Below are positions 59,573-64,000 of a DNA stretch of 64,000 bases, piece after piece. This DNA comes from Prevotella sp. (GTDB lineage Bacteria; Bacteroidota; Bacteroidia; Bacteroidales; Dysgonomonadaceae). A program made the translations under genes and the position numbers. Within the stretch, counting starts at the first letter, position 1. Each line of letters opens with the position of its first letter. The stretch is taken from positions 128,001-192,000 of the forward strand of contig JAITVV010000092.1 in the NCBI GenBank assembly GCA_031285625.1. Reading direction: 5' to 3'. Under the pieces are notes generated by a model. That model was given only the letters and a program-made list of their open reading frames with translations. It made no database searches and had not been told where the DNA came from.

Positions 59573-61420
59573 CTATTGTTTTTCTGTGGCTGCCTGAACA
59601 GCAGACATTACTCTTAAGAAATTGCCACCCCATATTTTTGCGATATCTTCATCCGAGTATCCTCTTTCCAGAAGCTTTACTGTTATATTAATCATATCAT
59701 TACTCCCATTGCAGCCAATGAGTCCGCCGCCGCCATCAAAATCGGAAGCGATACCTACATGGTCTATTCCTGCCACTCTGACTGCATAATCTATATGGTC
59801 GACAGCATCCTCTAATGAGGCTTTCTTCCTGTCCTTATTGATGAATAAGTCTACCAGACAAATCTGTACTACTCCACCATTCTTGGCTATCGCCTGCATC
59901 TGCTTATCAGTCAGGTTACGGTCATTAAAACACAACGCTTTTACGGATGAATGAGAAGCAATAATAGGTTGGGTAGACAGATTGATGACATCCCAGAAAG
60001 TCTTTTCCCCGGCATGTGATACATCTATCATTACACCCAGACGGTTCATTTCCCTGATAACTTCTTTACCAAAGGGACTCAGGCCGTTCCATTCATGATT
60101 CGATTTACTTGAAGTATCGCATATATCGTTATCCCTCGTATGGCAGAGTGTAATGTAATTTACACCCATTTCTTTAAACCGGGCTATATTTGATATATCC
60201 TTTCCTATTCCATAGCCATTCTCTATCCCGATAAATATAGCTTTCTTACCGAACTTCTTTATACGCATTAAATCTTCGGCAGTATAGGCTATCTCACAGA
60301 TATCCTTATTATTCTCTACCTGAGTATGTATACCTTTTATCAGTCCTTCTATCTTATCAACAGCCTTTTGTGACGATACCTTATCGCGCGGGCCCTGGCC
60401 TGTATAGGCAGCAAAGAAAATAGCATCAAGCATCCCCTCCTCCATCTTCGGGATATTCACCTGGTTAGCTTCACGTTTACCGATATCAAAGCCTGCTTTC
60501 TTAAACTCTAATGGAGTGTCACAGTGTGTATCAATAGTGAAAATACGCTTATGCAGTTCTTTTGCCTTACGGAAAGTCTCTGCTTCATTTACAATAAAGC
60601 TGAACAGCTTCAGCATGGTTGTATCACCTCCCCAGACATGCCCTTCGGGGTGCCATTGCACGCCCATAATCTTCCGGTTGGGATAGGCCTCTATCGCCTC
60701 AACAATTCCATCAGAGGTCTTTCCTACAACGTTGAAACCAGGAGCAACATCTTTAACACCCTGATGATGGTATGTATTTGTGGAAACTTCCGTTAACCCT
60801 AGTATTTTAGCCAGTTGAGAATCTTTTGTAATGGAAACAATATGTGTACCGACATCTCTTGGTTCACTCTGACTGTGTTTTATACTTTTATCCTTGTGCT
60901 GGGTGGGTATATCCTGATAGAGTGTACCACCAAAAGCTACATTCATAGCCTGCTCTCCCCTGCAAATACCCAACAAAGGAATGTTACGGTCTGTAGCCAT
61001 CTTTAACAGCACCAAATCGTAGATGTCACGTATAGAGTCTATATCATTCATATCGGGTATAGCCCGCTCTTTGTAATAACGCGGGTCGAAATCCCCTCCT
61101 CCAATCATTACCAGTCCATCTAAATCCTTTATAATATCCCTTAATATAAGCCCATCTGACATCACCGGAATAATAACAGGTCTGCCACCTGCTTTAAGTA
61201 CAGCATGAATATATGTACCAGCAACACTGGAGCCGCCACTTTGAGTATGGCTTGCAGATACACCAATAAGTGGTTGCTTCTTAGCCCTTAAATCTACAAA
61301 ACGTGAATCGGTATACTCATATAGTTTCTGAAGGTCAGGTGTTAAAACGTCCTGCCCTCTTAGCGGTAAGAAACTTATTAATAATACTATAACAGATATA
61401 TAGAATATGACTTTTTTCAT
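59573..61420 (-). CDS. Peptidase C26 (gamma-glutamyl hydrolase-like) fused to an M19 membrane dipeptidase
   Basis: GGGD, GICRG, HHQ, QWHPE; then DTHCD, IENG, DVSH, ASHS, SDFDGG. Confidence 0.9.
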   Translation of the reverse strand: MKKVIFYISVIVLLISFLPLRGQDVLTPDLQKLYEYTDSRFVDLRAKKQPLIGVSASHTQSGGSSVAGTYIHAVLKAGGRPVIIPVMSDGLILRDIIKDLDGLVMIGGGDFDPRYYKERAIPDMNDIDSIRDIYDLVLLKMATDRNIPLLGICRGEQAMNVAFGGTLYQDIPTQHKDKSIKHSQSEPRDVGTHIVSITKDSQLAKILGLTEVSTNTYHHQGVKDVAPGFNVVGKTSDGIVEAIEAYPNRKIMGVQWHPEGHVWGGDTTMLKLFSFIVNEAETFRKAKELHKRIFTIDTHCDTPLEFKKAGFDIGKREANQVNIPKMEEGMLDAIFFAAYTGQGPRDKVSSQKAVDKIEGLIKGIHTQVENNKDICEIAYTAEDLMRIKKFGKKAIFIGIENGYGIGKDISNIARFKEMGVNYITLCHTRDNDICDTSSKSNHEWNGLSPFGKEVIREMNRLGVMIDVSHAGEKTFWDVINLSTQPIIASHSSVKALCFNDRNLTDKQMQAIAKNGGVVQICLVDLFINKDRKKASLEDAVDHIDYAVRVAGIDHVGIASDFDGGGGLIGCNGSNDMINITVKLLERGYSDEDIAKIWGGNFLRVMSAVQAATEKQ

Positions 61421-61423
61421 TGT

Positions 61424-61654
61424 TTATTTTATCTCATTATTTATCAACGTTCCCAGTAAAGCAGCTAAAGTATTATCATTTATACATTTATTAGCTATAT
61501 TCCATTCCTCTCCATCAAATTTGGAAATTACAATCCAATTGCCTGCATCAAATCTGAATGTATAATACATAAAGTCTGTACATTTATCAACATTACCTTC
61601 AATAGTAACATTATATACTTTATTGTCAATCGTAATATTCGTTGTTTTCCGCAT
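61424..61654 (-). CDS. Hypothetical protein
   Basis: Short ORF ending 3 nt before the next start; start set at MRKTT. Confidence 0.5.
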   Translation of the reverse strand: MRKTTNITIDNKVYNVTIEGNVDKCTDFMYYTFRFDAGNWIVISKFDGEEWNIANKCINDNTLAALLGTLINNEIK

Positions 61655-61785
61655 TATCAAATACTTTATATACAAAAAGTGACAAAAGTGACAGTTTTTA
61701 TATGTTTCTTTATTGTTACTTTTTCTTCTTTTGTTACTTGTTAACTTGTATCTCGTACCTTGTCAACTTTCTCATTTATAATAAT

Positions 61786-63030
61786 TTATTCCACTTTCAT
61801 TACTTCTTTCCTTACCCAATCCTTTCCTTCTGCCAAACGTGTCACCATCATAGCACAAACAACATTCCCGGTAGAATTAAGCAAAGTAGCAGGCACATCT
61901 ATTATCGTACTAATAATCATCAGGGTAGCCGCAAACTCAGGCGAAAAGCCAAAAATAGAACAGATGAGTAGTTCCCCGGTCATGCCTCCACTTGGGATAG
62001 CTCCGACAACAGCTGCCGCTAAAACCGCAACACCTATAATCATAAATATATTGGACGATGTGGTTATTTCCTGCCCGAATATAGTAAACAGGAAGATAAT
62101 CTTCAACACGCCACCTATGATAGAACCATCCTTGTGCATATTCGTACCCAATGGTATTACGGTTTCGGCAATACCTGCAGGAACTCCTATACGTTTCGAG
62201 GCCTCTATATTTACAGGAATACATGCTGCACTGGAAGATGTGGCAATTGCAGTAAGAGACGGGGTTATTATATTTTTCCAAAATTCAACAAAACCTTTCT
62301 TTCCCCCTGCCCAGAATACATAGAGGGAATTCAACCCGAAAAAGCTGATTCCGGTAAGAATAAGGAAAAGGATAAAAACATGCATATATCCGTTCAATAT
62401 CTGTCCGCCAAGTTTCCCGACCGTATCGGCAAAATAACAGCCAAGACCAATAGGCGCAGCCTTCATAATAATATCCATCATCTTCATGATAACATGGGTT
62501 GACGCATTCAGGAAGTCGGCTACCAACTTCCCTTTATCCCCAGAAAAGGCTGTTGCCAGACCAAAAAAGATAGAAAATATAATCAGGGGTAACAGATTTG
62601 ATTTGGTAAACAGTTGCTGAAAATCGGATACAGTAAAAATATTAACAAATATTTCGGCTGATGTCATTTGCTTTACAGTCTGTTCCGGTAAACCCAATAA
62701 TAGTTCCGACTGATTAATCCCGTCAAGAGGATTGTATAATAATGTAAACAGATAAGATACGGCTGCTGCCACAATACCTGTAAACAGGAAGACAAAGACA
62801 ATACTCCCGATAACTTTCCCTACCATATTGGAATCCCGCATATTGTATATAGAGGACACCACACTGAAAAACACAAGCGGCACAATAAGCACAAACATCA
62901 GGTTAAGGAATATATCCCCTACAGGCTTAACAACGGAAGTTGCTTCTCCGAAAATTATTCCGCAAATACCTCCTATCAGTATTCCACAAAGCAGAAGGAT
63001 AGTAAATGCATAGTTTTTCAAAATATTCAT
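61786..63030 (-). CDS. Dicarboxylate/amino acid:cation symporter (DAACS)
   Basis: TSSSAA, PLGTNMHKDG, GAIPSGG, DVPATLLNSTG; multiple TMs. Confidence 0.92.
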   Translation of the reverse strand: MNILKNYAFTILLLCGILIGGICGIIFGEATSVVKPVGDIFLNLMFVLIVPLVFFSVVSSIYNMRDSNMVGKVIGSIVFVFLFTGIVAAAVSYLFTLLYNPLDGINQSELLLGLPEQTVKQMTSAEIFVNIFTVSDFQQLFTKSNLLPLIIFSIFFGLATAFSGDKGKLVADFLNASTHVIMKMMDIIMKAAPIGLGCYFADTVGKLGGQILNGYMHVFILFLILTGISFFGLNSLYVFWAGGKKGFVEFWKNIITPSLTAIATSSSAACIPVNIEASKRIGVPAGIAETVIPLGTNMHKDGSIIGGVLKIIFLFTIFGQEITTSSNIFMIIGVAVLAAAVVGAIPSGGMTGELLICSIFGFSPEFAATLMIISTIIDVPATLLNSTGNVVCAMMVTRLAEGKDWVRKEVMKVE

Positions 63031-63288
63031 TCGTCAATTCTTATTAGGCCTCAGACCTATTAATTATTTTGGTAAGTAAGACAATAAATCATTACAATTT
63101 AAATTATATCATCAAATACTTACTGGTACTTATAAGTCAACAAAAATACTGTTTCATTCCGAAATAATTGTAGTAAAAGGAGATAGATTTAAGATAGGGT
63201 AATAACCTTTAAAAATAAAGAAGTTTTTTTCTCATAAGCCTTGCTATTATAAGAAAAATGCATATATTTGCACCGCAATTGCAAAAAT

Positions 63289-63363
<75 letters not shown>

Positions 63364-63367
63364 CTGT

Positions 63368-63400
63368 AAAAGAAACTGTTAAAACAAACAGTTTCTTTTC
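63368..63400 (+). terminator. Terminator after tRNA-His
   Basis: AAAAGAAACTGTT...AACAGTTTCTTTT hairpin followed by a T tract. Confidence 0.7.
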
Positions 63401-64000
63401 TTTTTATAAGAAAAAACTGCATCTACAGCCATATTCCGCAAAAAAGAGTACAAGTAAAAGACTCTGATTTACTGACAATTACAAAACTTAACTTTTTTTT
63501 CAAAAAAATAATTTACTTTTTATTCCCTTTGAATATTGTATTTGTAAAAATAATAACTACATTTGCAAAGATGATTTTAACACTAAATCATGTAAGACAA
63601 CAAACTTTATAAAACTTAATTTAAAAACCATTCAAGAAATAGAGGAAACCCAGAATTAATATTTTAACACTAGAGGAAATCAAATTGTAATTAACAATTA
63701 TAATTTTTATATAAACAGATAATAGAAATCTATTATCACATATGATGATTTGTTTGTAAAAACAGTTGTCGGTGTACTTTGTGTACACAATAAATAAGGA
63801 AATCAGAGGAAATCAAATTTAAAACAACAAGACTAAAGTAGTAGGAAATCAAGACTTAAATACACAAACAATTAACTTTTACATTTATGACAACAAGCAA
63901 TTTTTTTAATTGGTCATCAGTCCGTTCTGCCGGATTAACAATGAAAACTAAAACAATGAAAACTAAGACATTAGCCTACCTATGTATTGCTTTTGCCTGC

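Overview
A Bacteroidales chromosomal segment; the SusC/SusD pair, TAnnTTTG promoters and gene content suggest a Dysgonomonas-like organism (inference). It runs from ileS-dksA-lspA at the left to tRNA-His at the right. About 4-37 kb forms a large nucleic-acid damage and repair neighbourhood. It contains an NrtR-linked ADP-ribose reversal cluster (3 ARH, 2 NADAR, macrodomain, KptA, DUF4291, J-domain/pseudokinase), a WYL regulator, an RNA ligase plus HD-kinase pair, a Hen1-Rnl-Pnkp1 operon, an NYN protein, Ro60/TROVE and an RlaP-like nucleotidyltransferase. An alpha-mannoside PUL follows at 37-57.6 kb. The main unannotated signal is a family of 8 minus-strand Y-RNA-like ncRNAs. They share a Ro60-type closing stem (GUG(U/C)CGUAG...CUUGUUAC) but carry different internal modules: circularly permuted tRNA mimics, T-arm-only modules, an empty mini-stem, and one ~215-nt RNA whose insert resembles permuted 23S rRNA helices 69-71. 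There is also a ~196-nt tRNA-like RNA with a 117-nt structured insert in the anticodon loop. A CGCA-N7-TGCG box links the promoters of Ro60, the Y-RNA loci, the Hen1 operon and the WYL operon into a candidate regulon. All calls come from reading sequence motifs; no searches were run.
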